Source: Truepera sp. (lineage in GTDB: Bacteria; Deinococcota; Deinococci; Deinococcales; Trueperaceae). Taken from it: 64,000 nt of DNA. This document shows positions 53,633 through 63,710 of the stretch, in pieces (the first letter of the stretch is position 1; the number at the start of each line of letters is the position of its first letter). Position numbers and translations under genes: made by a program. Where the stretch lies: the NCBI GenBank assembly GCA_965218435.1, contig CBDCKW010000009.1, positions 3,072,001-3,136,000 on the forward strand, given 5' to 3'. The notes under the pieces were generated by a model. It saw nothing but the letters and a program-made list of their open reading frames with translations, had not been told where the DNA came from and made no database searches.

Positions 53633-55507
53633 GTGAGCATGGCGAAGCTCGAGGCACTTTCAGCAGCACAGACTATCTTTACGCCGCCGGAGGCCGTCAA
53701 AAACCGTGCGTCGTTGCAGGACTACAACGCAGCCTATACGCGCTCGGTCGAAGACAACGAAGCGTTTTGGGCCGACGCTGCCCGTGAGCTGACCTGGGCG
53801 AAGCCGTGGGACACCGTTTTAGAGTTCGACGGCGTTCATCACCGCTGGTTTGTGGGCGCTGAGACGAACATTACGGTCAACGCGCTCGAGCGCAACCTGG
53901 ACGCGGGCCGGGGCGATAAAACCGCGTATATCTGGCTCGGTGAAGACGGCAGCGAACAACGTCTGACGTACAGGGAGCTTTATCATCAGGTCAGCCAGAT
54001 TGCCAACGGACTCAAAAGTTTAGGTGTGCGAAAGGGCGACCGTGTGGTGATTTATATGCCGCTGACGCTCGAGGGTGTGACCGCCATGCTCGCGTGTGCC
54101 CGTATCGGGGCCGTTCACAGCGTCGTTTACGCGGGGTTTGCAGCCGGGGCGCTCCGCACCCGGATTGAAGACGCTGGGGCAAAGGTTGTGATAACCGGCG
54201 ACGTGAGTTATCGGCGCGGTAAAACGACCGATCTGCTCAGCATCACCCGGCAGGCGATCGAGCCTTTGGATTTTGTCGAGCATGTCGTCGTCTTTAATCG
54301 AGAAGAGGTGCGTTTGGAGGGGCTCGAGGTTCCCTGGGAAATACTGTTAGACCAGCCGGACGAATGCCCCGCCGAAATCGTTGACGCTGAGCATCCGCTC
54401 TATATCCTCTACACCTCGGGCACCACCGGCCAACCCAAAGGCGTGCTGCACGTTCACGGCGGCTATATGGTCGGGACGTACTTGCAACTAAGGACGTTTT
54501 ACGACCTGAACGAAGCGGACGTGTTCTGGAACATGAGCGACATCGGCTGGGCCGTCGGGCATTCGTATATCGCCTACGCGCCCCTCGTAGGCGGCCTGAC
54601 GACCGTGTTTCGTGAAGGTGCGCCCGACACGCCGCATCCGGGTATCGCCTGGGAAATCGCTGAGCACTACGGCGTCACAGCAGTTTTGACGGCTCCAACG
54701 GTGCTGCGGCTGTGGATGCGGTACGGCGACGAGCCCTTAAAGGGTCACGACCTCTCCAAGCTCCGTGTCTTGGCTGTCGCCGGGGAGCCCCTAAACCCCG
54801 AAGCGTTTCGCTGGGCACAAACCAATCTGATGGGAGACCACGGCTATGTGATGGATAACTGGTGGCAAACTGAAACGGGCGGCCCGACACTCGGCACCTA
54901 CGCGGTGCAACCCTGTAAACCCGGTTTTGTCGGACGGCCTCTGCTGGGCGTCGAAGCTGAAATCCTGAGTGAAACCGGCGAGCCACAACCGCCGAACGTG
55001 GGCGGTCTACTCGCGCTCAAACGCCCTTTTCCGCACATGCTCCGCACGATTTACGGCGCACCTGAGCGTTACGAGCAGGCGTGGACGGAGTTTCCCGGTT
55101 ACTACATGACCGGCGACGTGGCGGTGCGTGACGAAGCAGGCCGTATCAGCGTGTTGGGCCGCGCCGACGATGTGTTGAACGTCGCCGGACACCGCATCGG
55201 CACGGCAGACGTCGAGTCGGCGTTGGTTTCAAACTCGGCAGTCGCCGAAGCTGCCGTGATCGGGATCCCTGACGAACTGAAGGGAGAGCGTATCGTCGCG
55301 TTCGTCGTTTTACGGAGTGGGCAAAGGGCAGATGAACGGACCCTGATTCAGCACGTCCGGGCTGAACTCGGGCCGATCGCTGCACCTTCGGCGGTTCACA
55401 TCACCGGGGCGCTCCCTAAAACCCGCAGCGGCAAAATTATGCGCCGCCTCTTAAAAGCCCAGACGCTCGGGCAAGACCCCGGCGACACCTCAACCCTCGA
55501 GTCCTAA
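53633..55507 (+). CDS. acs: Second acetate/short-chain acyl-CoA ligase
   Basis: [32 protein letters not shown]; start at GTG 53633 or ATG 53639. Confidence 0.9.
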   Translation: MSMAKLEALSAAQTIFTPPEAVKNRASLQDYNAAYTRSVEDNEAFWADAARELTWAKPWDTVLEFDGVHHRWFVGAETNITVNALERNLDAGRGDKTAYIWLGEDGSEQRLTYRELYHQVSQIANGLKSLGVRKGDRVVIYMPLTLEGVTAMLACARIGAVHSVVYAGFAAGALRTRIEDAGAKVVITGDVSYRRGKTTDLLSITRQAIEPLDFVEHVVVFNREEVRLEGLEVPWEILLDQPDECPAEIVDAEHPLYILYTSGTTGQPKGVLHVHGGYMVGTYLQLRTFYDLNEADVFWNMSDIGWAVGHSYIAYAPLVGGLTTVFREGAPDTPHPGIAWEIAEHYGVTAVLTAPTVLRLWMRYGDEPLKGHDLSKLRVLAVAGEPLNPEAFRWAQTNLMGDHGYVMDNWWQTETGGPTLGTYAVQPCKPGFVGRPLLGVEAEILSETGEPQPPNVGGLLALKRPFPHMLRTIYGAPERYEQAWTEFPGYYMTGDVAVRDEAGRISVLGRADDVLNVAGHRIGTADVESALVSNSAVAEAAVIGIPDELKGERIVAFVVLRSGQRADERTLIQHVRAELGPIAAPSAVHITGALPKTRSGKIMRRLLKAQTLGQDPGDTSTLES

Positions 55508-55542
55508 GCTCTCGACATTAAGCTCAGCCCAAAGGAGACCCG

Positions 55543-55881
55543 ATGAGTCAACAAAAACCTCGCGTCACGGTTGTATCCGACCCCGTGCCCAACGAAAAAA
55601 CCGCCCTCAATCAAGAGCTTGCCCAAGCTGACAAGGGGGTGCTCGAGCGGTACTGGAAACGCAATCTGCGCCTGACCGTCACGCTGCTGGTGATCTGGTT
55701 TGTGGTTGGCTACTTGCTCTCAATCGTCTTTGCCCCGGCGCTGAACGCCTTTACCTTTCTCGGCGCACCGCTCGGGTTTTGGATGGCGCAAAACGGCGCG
55801 ATCTACGTGTTCGTCGTCTTAATTCTGATCTACGCGGTGTGGATGAACGGCATGGATAACGAGTTCGGAGTCGAAGAGTGA
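55543..55881 (+). CDS. DUF4212 solute:sodium symporter small subunit
   Basis: YWKRNLRL..LVIWFVV..PLGFWMAQNG. Confidence 0.9.
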   Translation: MSQQKPRVTVVSDPVPNEKTALNQELAQADKGVLERYWKRNLRLTVTLLVIWFVVGYLLSIVFAPALNAFTFLGAPLGFWMAQNGAIYVFVVLILIYAVWMNGMDNEFGVEE

Positions 55882-57542
55882 GTATTCAGCTTTGGACCCT
55901 GATTTTCGTGGTACTTAGTTTCGGCCTCTATATCGGTATCGCCATCTGGTCACGGGTGACGACGACCTCCGGCTTTTACGTCGCGGGTCAGGGCGTGCCG
56001 TCGGTCTTTAACGGGATGGCGACCGCCGCCGACTGGATGAGCGCCGCGTCGTTTATCTCGCTTGCAGGACTCATTTCAGCCCTCGGCTTTGACGGCGCGA
56101 TCTACTTGCTCGGTTGGACGGGCGGGTATGTGCTCTTAGCCCTGCTACTCGCACCGTATTTGCGCAAATTCGGCAAGTTTACCGTCCCGGAGTTTATCGG
56201 CGACCGTTACGCGTCAGGAACGGCGAGAGTCGTGGCGGCGCTCTGTGCCATCGTCGTGTCGTTCGTCTACGTCGCTGGACAGATGAACGGGATGGGCATT
56301 GCCTTCGGCCGCTTTTTAGGGACGACGGTTTTTTGGGGCGTCGTCGTCGGGATGGTGATCGTCGCGTTTTACGCCATCTTAGGTGGGATGAAGGGCATCA
56401 CCTATACGCAGGTCGCGCAGTATCTCGTGCTCATCGTCGCGTACCTGATTCCGGCCATTGCCATCGGGGTGACGTTAACGGGTAACCCGGTCCCACAAGC
56501 TGCATTTGGTGAGATTGCCACCCGGCTGAACGGCATCGGGGCTGATTTGGGTTTCGGGAAGTACACCTCGCCATTTGTCAACTTGAATTCGCTCAACGTC
56601 TTTTTGATCACCGCTGCGCTGATGTGCGGCACCGCTGGACTTCCGCACGTCATTATCCGTTTTTATACCGCCAAAAGCGTCAAAGGTGCGCGTTGGACAG
56701 GCTTTTTCGCGCTGCTCTTTATCGCTATCTTGTACACGACTGCGCCTGCGATTGCCGCTTTTGCCCGTTATAACCTCATTCAAACGGTGAGCGGTCAGCC
56801 CTACGCCGGACTCCCGGCCTAGGTCGGCAATTGGGAAAAAACCGGTTTGGTCACCTTTGACGACAAGAATGGTGATGGTATCGTCACCTTCGACGCCAGT
56901 GACAACAACGAACTAACTATCAGCCCGGACATCATCGTCTTGGCAAACGCTGAAATTGCCGGACTCCCCGCCTGGGTCGTCGGCCTCGTGGTTGCTGGGG
57001 GCTTGGCCGCCGCACTCTCGACGGCTTCGGGTCTCTTGCTGGTCATCGGGTCGGCGTTTTCACACGATATCTATAAACGCTTTATCAACAAGGACGCCTC
57101 GGAACAAAACGAGTTAGCGGTGGCCCGCGTGTCGGTGCTCATTGCGATTGTGATTGCCGGGTACTTCGGGGTGAATCCACCGGGCTTTGTCGGGGAGGTG
57201 GTGGCGTTTGCGTTCGGCCTCGCGGCGGCCAGCTTTTTTCCGGCGATTGTGCTCGGGATTTTTGACAAACGCACGAACAAGTACGGGGCGATTTCGGGGA
57301 TGCTCGTCGGCATTATCTTTACCGGCGCGTACATCATCATGACGGCGGACCGGCTGATGAACCTCGAGCCCTTTTTATTCGGCATCCGGGCACAGGGTAT
57401 CGGCACGGTCGGGATGGTCTTGTCGTTTATCGTGACCTATACGGTATCTCGGATGACGCCCGCGCCGTCTTTAGCCCTGCAGGAGTTTGTTGAAAATATC
57501 CGTTATCCACGTGGCGCAGGTGCCGCGAGTGGGCACGACTGA
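55878..57542 (+). pseudogene. ActP-like sodium:solute symporter interrupted by an in-frame TAG at 56820-56822
   Basis: NGMATAADWMSAASF, GTAGLPHV; LPA*VGNWEKTGL continues in the same frame to AAALSTASGLLL. Confidence 0.88.
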
Positions 57543-57653
57543 GCGTCAGAATTGAGAAGTAAGAATACAGAATTGAGAATGCAACCCACCTTTCTCCCTT
57601 CTTTGTTCTGTATTCTTTTCGGACATCAGCTCTTCTAAATAGCTCGAGCCTAG

Positions 57654-57679
57654 CCTGATGGTTAGTTCCATCAGGTTTT
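57654..57679 (+). terminator. Intrinsic terminator
   Basis: cctgatgg/ccatcagg stem followed by tttt. Confidence 0.65.
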
Positions 57680-57695
57680 GCTCTATGATCGGTTT

Positions 57696-57932
57696 ATGTC
57701 TAAACGGCTGGCGTGGTGTTGGAGCTTAGGGTTAACTGGGAGCGTCATGGTCTTGATACTTATCGTTTGGCTGGTGTTTGGGTTGATCTCGAGGACAACC
57801 TTAACCGCTGACCTGACCAAACAACAGGTTGCGGCGGAAACGCAGCTCGGCAATCTGAAATGCCGTAAAGAGCTCAAGGCGTCGTTTCCTTTTTTTGAAC
57901 TTAAGTGTCAAGACACCGCCGAGCGCCCGTAA
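57696..57932 (+). CDS. Small single-TM hypothetical protein
   Basis: Leaderless TATGAT-6nt-ATG; N-terminal TM and two C-terminal Cys. Confidence 0.55.
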   Translation: MSKRLAWCWSLGLTGSVMVLILIVWLVFGLISRTTLTADLTKQQVAAETQLGNLKCRKELKASFPFFELKCQDTAERP

Positions 57933-58025
57933 GAGAGGCCCGCTGCATGTTTTGGGCAGCCGTGTTCAGCTGAGCGACACAAAGCTGACGTCTCCGGCTT
58001 ACACTGAACAAGCCTGGAGGTCTCT

Positions 58026-59417
58026 GTGCGTACTCCGCCAGTTCCCAAATTGACCCGGACCATCGCGCTGCTCGCCGGTCCCTTGATCTTACAAAACCTT
58101 TCGTACGCGCTGTTAGGTGTGACCGACACCTTTTTCGTGTCACGGATCAGCACCGAGGCGGTGGGCGCGGTTGGGCTGGCGGGCGTGCTCTTTTTCTCAT
58201 TGATGCTGCTCTTTCGCTCGACGGCGGCGAGCAGCGTCGTCTTTGTCGGGCGGGCGCACGGCGCGGGGGACGACGCGGGTATCGGCGCGGCGGTGTGGCG
58301 ACTTCTGAACATGATTGTGCTGCTGAGCGTGTTTGCCCTCACGTTGCCGTGGGTGTTTACTTTTTTGTTTAGTTACGTTGCCCCCGGCGATAGTCCGGTG
58401 GTGCTGGGGCTCGGCACACGTTATCTGCAGATTCGGGCGCTCGAGGTTCCTTTAGCTATGTTCAGCGCCGTCGTCTGGGGCTTTTTGGTGGGCCGGGGCG
58501 ATTCCCGTACGCCGATGTTTTTAGCTTGGACGCAAGTTTTGACCAATATCTTGCTCGACTGGCTGTTGGTTCCGGGGAACCTCGGCTTTCCGGCGTGGGG
58601 CGTCGCGGGCGCAGCCGTCGCCACAGTTTTAGCCAACGCTGTCGTCGCCCTCCTAAGCGCCTGGATTTTGTGGCGACCCGACTCACACGCGCGTTTCGGC
58701 ACGCGGCGGGCGCGTCTGGCAGGATTCGGAGAGCTGCGTGATGTCCTCAGAGTCGGGCTGCCGATGGGTGTCGGCGACTTTATCGATGTAGCGTCGTTTA
58801 CGGCTTTTTTTGCCATCATCGGTCGGCTCGGAACTGAGGTCTTAGCGGCCAACAACATCGCGCTCCAGTTTATGAGCTTGTCGTTTACGATGGGGATTGC
58901 GGTCGCGCAGGCGAGCTCGAGCCTGGTCGCGCAGGCGCTGGGCGCTAACAAACCGCAGCAGGCGTCACGGGTTGGCTACCGCGCTACGATTTTGGGCATG
59001 ATTTTGATGGGTCTGGTTGGGCTCGGCTACTTTATCGTGCCGGATTTTTTAATGCGCGTGTTTAGCGACGACCCGCGAGTTATCGCCGCAGGTGTCGCCA
59101 TCTTACAACTCGTCGCCATCTACCAAATCGCCGACGCCGCGACGATCGTGCTGGGCGGATCGCTTAACGGCGCAGGTGACACGACCTATACCATGTTGGC
59201 ACGGCTCGTCTGCGCGTGGGGGCTGTTTTTACCGCTCGCGTATGTATTGGCGTTTCCGCTGGGGCTCGGCGTTCGCGGTGCGTGGGGCGGCGCGATGGTT
59301 TACCTGTTTGTGTTGGCGCTCGTTTACTTTTTACGGTTTCGTTCGGGGCGGTGGCAGGCGTCGTTTAAGGGGGCTGAAAGCAGCGGGGAGGCAGAAGTTC
59401 AGGCTGCGACACTTTAG
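58026..59417 (+). CDS. MATE family efflux transporter
   Basis: LAGPLILQNL..TDTFFV, GRGDSRTPM, GVAGAAVAT, GAGDT. Confidence 0.94.
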   Translation: MRTPPVPKLTRTIALLAGPLILQNLSYALLGVTDTFFVSRISTEAVGAVGLAGVLFFSLMLLFRSTAASSVVFVGRAHGAGDDAGIGAAVWRLLNMIVLLSVFALTLPWVFTFLFSYVAPGDSPVVLGLGTRYLQIRALEVPLAMFSAVVWGFLVGRGDSRTPMFLAWTQVLTNILLDWLLVPGNLGFPAWGVAGAAVATVLANAVVALLSAWILWRPDSHARFGTRRARLAGFGELRDVLRVGLPMGVGDFIDVASFTAFFAIIGRLGTEVLAANNIALQFMSLSFTMGIAVAQASSSLVAQALGANKPQQASRVGYRATILGMILMGLVGLGYFIVPDFLMRVFSDDPRVIAAGVAILQLVAIYQIADAATIVLGGSLNGAGDTTYTMLARLVCAWGLFLPLAYVLAFPLGLGVRGAWGGAMVYLFVLALVYFLRFRSGRWQASFKGAESSGEAEVQAATL

Positions 59418-59479
59418 CTGGGCGGCTCGAGCCTCATAACACCCGTTAAAACGTAAATCCCTAGAGGTAGAATAGGCAG

Positions 59480-59898
59480 ATGATAGACCCCGACAATCCT
59501 GTAGTCAAACTTTGTGCTGAAGGGATGCAAGCTGAAGCAAAGCAGCATTTTGACGAGGCGAAAAGGTTATTTGAGCGGGCTTGGGAGGCTTCTAAAGACG
59601 ATTATGAAGCCGTATTGCAGCACATTATCTAGCACGTCATCAAGACACCGAGCAGGATACTCTAACGTGGAACCGAGAAGCGTTAAACCGTGCAAACGCC
59701 GTAGAGGGGTCGAAGGTCAGCCAGTTTTATCCATCATTACTGCTTAACTTAGGTCACGCTTATGAACTACTTGGAGAGGTAGAGAAAGCACTCGAGAGTT
59801 ATACCTTAGCTGCACCCAAAGCCACTGAACTCCCCAATGATGCTTATGGCAATATGCTCAGAGAGGCTATCGGACGCGCGTTGACGCGAATAAGTTAA
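59480..59898 (+). pseudogene. Frameshifted TPR-like hypothetical protein (not in the ORF track)
   Basis: MIDPDNPVVKLCAEGM..AWEASKDDYEA, then a 1-nt loss near 59611; second frame IAAHYLARHQ..FYPSLLLNLGHAYE..RIS*; leaderless TAGAAT-6nt-ATG. Confidence 0.78.
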
Positions 59899-59901
59899 AA
59901 G

Positions 59902-60399
59902 CTACAAAAAGCTCGAGCGTTCAATCGTAAGTTTTTCTTCTAAGAGCGTCTCGAGTCCCTCCGGTAACGCATCTCTCGGTAAAATATCGGCGCTGCCGTT
60001 CGGCCGTATCAGATAAAAAGCGCGCCTCGAACTCAGCGCCTGAGCAACGTCCTTGTAATTCACCTCAACCTTGGTTTTGCCCACGTCCAGCAGATATGAC
60101 CCTGCCTTAAAGCGGTAGCGGCGCGGTTCCCGGAGGGCCGGATACCGCCGCCAGAGCGTCTGCGCCGACGTCCAAACCCAAAGCAGATACCCGAGTAACG
60201 GCGCAAACACCGCGAGCGAAAAGACCCTGGCCGCAGGCCACAAACCGGTCACCCCGAGCAAAAAGAGAAAGATAAAGCTGTAGACCAAAAAGGGCAACAC
60301 CGGGCGCTGTAAGGCCAGGGTCCAAGTGTAGTAAAAGAAATCCTGACGTGAGAGCTGGACGCTAAACGTAGGGTTGGGTGCGGCGGTAGCGGCAGGCAT
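59902..60399 (-). CDS. YcxB-like membrane protein
   Basis: Two TM segments and a C-terminal domain FYLI..ILPRDAL. Confidence 0.75.
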   Translation of the reverse strand: MPAATAAPNPTFSVQLSRQDFFYYTWTLALQRPVLPFLVYSFIFLFLLGVTGLWPAARVFSLAVFAPLLGYLLWVWTSAQTLWRRYPALREPRRYRFKAGSYLLDVGKTKVEVNYKDVAQALSSRRAFYLIRPNGSADILPRDALPEGLETLLEEKLTIERSSFL

Positions 60400-60555
60400 A
60401 CTCCGCTAGTCTACAAGCTGACTCCGGGCTACTTGGCACCCGCCGAGCTGAGGGCCGAGAAGCTTACCTACCGGCCCACGCCGTGTGATAGCTTAGTCCG
60501 TGCCCCTGCACACGGCTAACCCTATAGCTAACCCTACGGTGACGAGGCCCCGGCG

Positions 60556-61920
60556 GTGACGCTGCGCGAGCGCCCTGCGCCCCGCGGTGAGGGTAAACGC
60601 ACCCCGGCACCCGCTAAGGCCATCGCGCTATCATTTTTTAGCGCCACCCTAGTCGGCACGCTGCTCTTATGGTTGCCGTGGAGCCACGCACCGGAGCAAA
60701 ACGTCACGCTGCTCGACGCGCTGTTTACCGCGACAAGCGCCCTCTGCGTCACCGGGCTGATTGTGGTAGATACCGCGACGGTTTGGAGTCCTTTCGGCCG
60801 CGTGATGTTGCTGCTACTTATTCAAGTGGGCGGTTTGGGTATTGTCACCCTAAGTACGATGGTCGCGCTGCTCTTAGGGCGGCGCGTCGGGTTTCAAGAA
60901 CGCTTACGTGCCGCTGCGCAGGTGAACGCCTTTGGCACCGGCGGGGTGGTGCGGCTCGTCCGTACGATTTTTCTCTTATCGCTCGGCTTTGAAACGCTCG
61001 GGGCACTCGTGCTCTACCCGAGTTTTGCCGCGTTGCACGGTCCCGGCGGCGGAGCGTTTTACGCGTTTTTTCACAGCGTCAGCGCCTTTAATAACGCCGG
61101 GTTCGCCCTCTACCCCGACAGCTTGCTCCGGTTTGCCGGAAATCCGGCGGTGGTGTTGGTCCTCAGTACGCTCTTTATCGTCGGCGGGCTCGGGTTTATC
61201 GTCCATCTCAACGTCTGGACGAATCTCCGCTATGGACGGCGGTTTCCGCTGACGTTGCACAGCCGTACCGTGCTGCTAACGACACTGGTTTTGTGCGTGT
61301 TTGGCACGGTGGCGGTGCTTGGGCTCGAGTGGACCAATCCCAAATCTTTGGGTGAGCTGCCGCTGCAAGGCAAACTGCTGATGGGCTTTTTTCAGAGCGT
61401 CACGCCGCGCACCGCCGGGTTTAACACCGTGGATTACACCTTGCTGCGCGAACCGACCAAACTCGTAACGATGCTGCTGATGTTTATCGGCGGGAGTCCG
61501 GCGTCAACTGCCGGGGGTATCAAAACCGTCACGTTTTTTGTGCTCGTCGCGAGCGCCTGGAGCATGGTGCGCGGGCGCGGTGAACTTTCAGCGTTCGGGC
61601 GACGCGTTACCGTCGGGACGGTTGTTAAGGCCGGGTCGGTCGCGCTTCTCAGCAGCGGCCTCGTCATCGGCGCACTTTTTCTCCTGACTCTGACCGAAAC
61701 GCTACCGCTCATGACCACGATGTTCGAGGCGTTTTCAGCTTTTAGCACCGTTGGGCTGTCGCTGAGCGCGACGTTTGACCTGAGCGTACCAGGGCGGCTT
61801 ATCATTATCTTGCTGATGTATTTGGGACGTATCGGACCGCTGACGTTTGCCTTGGCTCTAGTTCAGGAACCGCACGCGAGTAGCGTCAAGTATCCGGCTG
61901 AAGGCGTGTTGATCGGCTAG
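60556..61920 (+). CDS. ktrB: KtrB/TrkH potassium uptake membrane subunit
   Basis: ATSALCVTGL, SAFNNAGF, PRTAGF, SAFSTVGLS. Confidence 0.95.
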   Translation: MTLRERPAPRGEGKRTPAPAKAIALSFFSATLVGTLLLWLPWSHAPEQNVTLLDALFTATSALCVTGLIVVDTATVWSPFGRVMLLLLIQVGGLGIVTLSTMVALLLGRRVGFQERLRAAAQVNAFGTGGVVRLVRTIFLLSLGFETLGALVLYPSFAALHGPGGGAFYAFFHSVSAFNNAGFALYPDSLLRFAGNPAVVLVLSTLFIVGGLGFIVHLNVWTNLRYGRRFPLTLHSRTVLLTTLVLCVFGTVAVLGLEWTNPKSLGELPLQGKLLMGFFQSVTPRTAGFNTVDYTLLREPTKLVTMLLMFIGGSPASTAGGIKTVTFFVLVASAWSMVRGRGELSAFGRRVTVGTVVKAGSVALLSSGLVIGALFLLTLTETLPLMTTMFEAFSAFSTVGLSLSATFDLSVPGRLIIILLMYLGRIGPLTFALALVQEPHASSVKYPAEGVLIG

Positions 61921-61942
61921 AAGGGGCATACGTGAAAGAGTC

Positions 61943-61998
61943 ATGAAGGTCAAACTGTGAAAGTTAAACTGTGAGAGTCAAACTGTGAAAGTTAAACA
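61943..61998 (+). repeat. Four tandem 14-bp units ending in the ktrA start
   Basis: atgaaggtcaaact gtgaaagttaaact gtgagagtcaaact gtgaaagttaaaca. Confidence 0.92.
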
Positions 61999-62653
61999 GT
62001 ATCTAGTGATCGGAGCCGGACGGTTCGGATCGGCGCTCGCCGGCACGCTTTATGACCTCGGGCATGAAGTTGTCGTGGCGGACAGCAGCGAAGCGCGGAT
62101 TGACGAGGTGATGGAACACGTGACCCACGCGGTCATCCTAGACGCCACCGACGAAGACGCGCTTCAAAAACTCGGGCTTAAAAACTTCGATGAGGTGATC
62201 GTCGCCATTGGCAACGACCTCGAGGCCAGCATTTTAACTATCGTCGCCGCTAAAAATCAGGGCGCGAAAACTATCTTGAGCAAAGCGACGAGCGATAACG
62301 CCGCGCGGGTGATGCTAAAAGTCGGGGCCGATAAGGTGGTGCGCCCCGAGCACGACATGGGCGTGCGCGTCGCCAAATCGTTAGCGACACCGACCATCGT
62401 AGACGCCTTTAACTTGGGCGAAAACTATGAGGTTATCGAGTTTACGGCGCAGAAAAAGCTTTGCGGGAGTTTACGTGAGCTTGAACTCGCCAACCGTTTT
62501 GGGGTGCAAGTCATCGCCATCAACCGCCGGGGCAAGCTCGAGATCAGCCCCAGCGCCGACTTTGTAATCGCTCCCGGCGACAACGTAGTGATTATCGGTG
62601 AAACGGACGCGGTTGAGCGTTTGCGCGAGCACTTCTCGAGAGTGACGGAGTAA
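61985..62653 (+). CDS. ktrA: KtrA/TrkA RCK regulatory subunit
   Basis: VIGAGRFG, DATDE, VVRPEHDMG, RCK_C domain. Confidence 0.95.
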   Translation: MKVKQYLVIGAGRFGSALAGTLYDLGHEVVVADSSEARIDEVMEHVTHAVILDATDEDALQKLGLKNFDEVIVAIGNDLEASILTIVAAKNQGAKTILSKATSDNAARVMLKVGADKVVRPEHDMGVRVAKSLATPTIVDAFNLGENYEVIEFTAQKKLCGSLRELELANRFGVQVIAINRRGKLEISPSADFVIAPGDNVVIIGETDAVERLREHFSRVTE

Positions 62654-62662
62654 GTTCGACAC

Positions 62663-63172
62663 TTGATAATTTTCAGGACGCAGCGCCTTAGCCTCCGGCA
62701 GTTTGGGTCGGCAGACAGCACCTCACTTATGGACATTTTTGGCGACGCCGAAGTGATGCGTTACGGTGACGGCGTTCGCACTCCGGCGTGGGTAGAGCGT
62801 TGGATTTTAAGGCAACAAGACAGTTACAAAAAGCCGGGCTACGGCAACTGGGCGGTCGTTAATAAGGTTGGCGACCTGCTCGGCTACTGCGGGTTGAGTT
62901 ATGTAGACGATATCGGTGGACACCCCGAAGTCGCGCTCGGTTACCGTTTGGCTCGCCGTTATTGGGGGCAAGGGTACGCGTCTGAAGCTGTTAAGGCGAC
63001 GATTGACTACGGCTTTGACGTGCTCGGTTTGGAGAGGATTGTTGCGACGATTGATCCGGGCAACACCGCGTCACTTCGCGTCGCCGAAAAGACCGGGATG
63101 GTCTACGAAAAAGACGTGATATATCCGGGTTATACGCACCCCGACCGGGTTTACGTCATCGAAAAGATATGA
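62663..63172 (+). CDS. RimJ/RimL-type GNAT acetyltransferase
   Basis: TQRLSLR..LGYRLARRYWGQGYASEA..NTASLRVAEKTG. Confidence 0.92.
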   Translation: MIIFRTQRLSLRQFGSADSTSLMDIFGDAEVMRYGDGVRTPAWVERWILRQQDSYKKPGYGNWAVVNKVGDLLGYCGLSYVDDIGGHPEVALGYRLARRYWGQGYASEAVKATIDYGFDVLGLERIVATIDPGNTASLRVAEKTGMVYEKDVIYPGYTHPDRVYVIEKI

Positions 63173-63710
63173 ATACTAAAGCGATTGTCGTGGTTATAGG
63201 CTAGATTCTCGCAACTCTCAGCTCGTAGAGCCAGCTGCCACAGGTTCACCTCGGCATGTGCGTGCTAATGTACGAAGTCCTCCAGTTACAAGTTTTCGCA
63301 ACGCGAAGGGAACTATACTTTAATCGCTTGGACTGGCTTAAACCAGATGGCACCTGTTATCTTTAGAGCGCACATTCTTAGGGTAACGCCGACAGCCTCG
63401 CGGAAACGTCATTGGGTATGCATACTTCTAAAGTAGTATTTCCGGGTCTGGCTGAAGCGGCGTCAAGCCTTTATCATCGAGTTCGTCTACCGGGGGCAGC
63501 TCGGACGAAAACGACTTGCTGAGGTCCACTTGGTGAGTCGTTTTTTACTTTGTAACTCCTTTACTAGCAGCCTTTTGGCAAATCACGGCGTTTCTATAGC
63601 GTTTCCATAAGGAATTGATACGAGTATCATCTCAAAACGTGCGTGCCGGTCAGTCAGCTATCGAGTTGTCTATAGTGAGAGCGTTTCCGACTAGATCATC
63701 CCTGCTACAC

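Noticed and set aside
60400..60555. c-di-AMP riboswitch upstream of ktrB
   Set aside because: Only two simple hairpins; the ydaO consensus was not recognised.
61943..61998. CRISPR array
   Set aside because: Contiguous 14-bp units with no unique spacers and no cas genes.
63173..63710. Gene or pseudogene in the gap before the terminal luxR gene
   Set aside because: Only short stop-interrupted frames were seen, with no recognisable motif.
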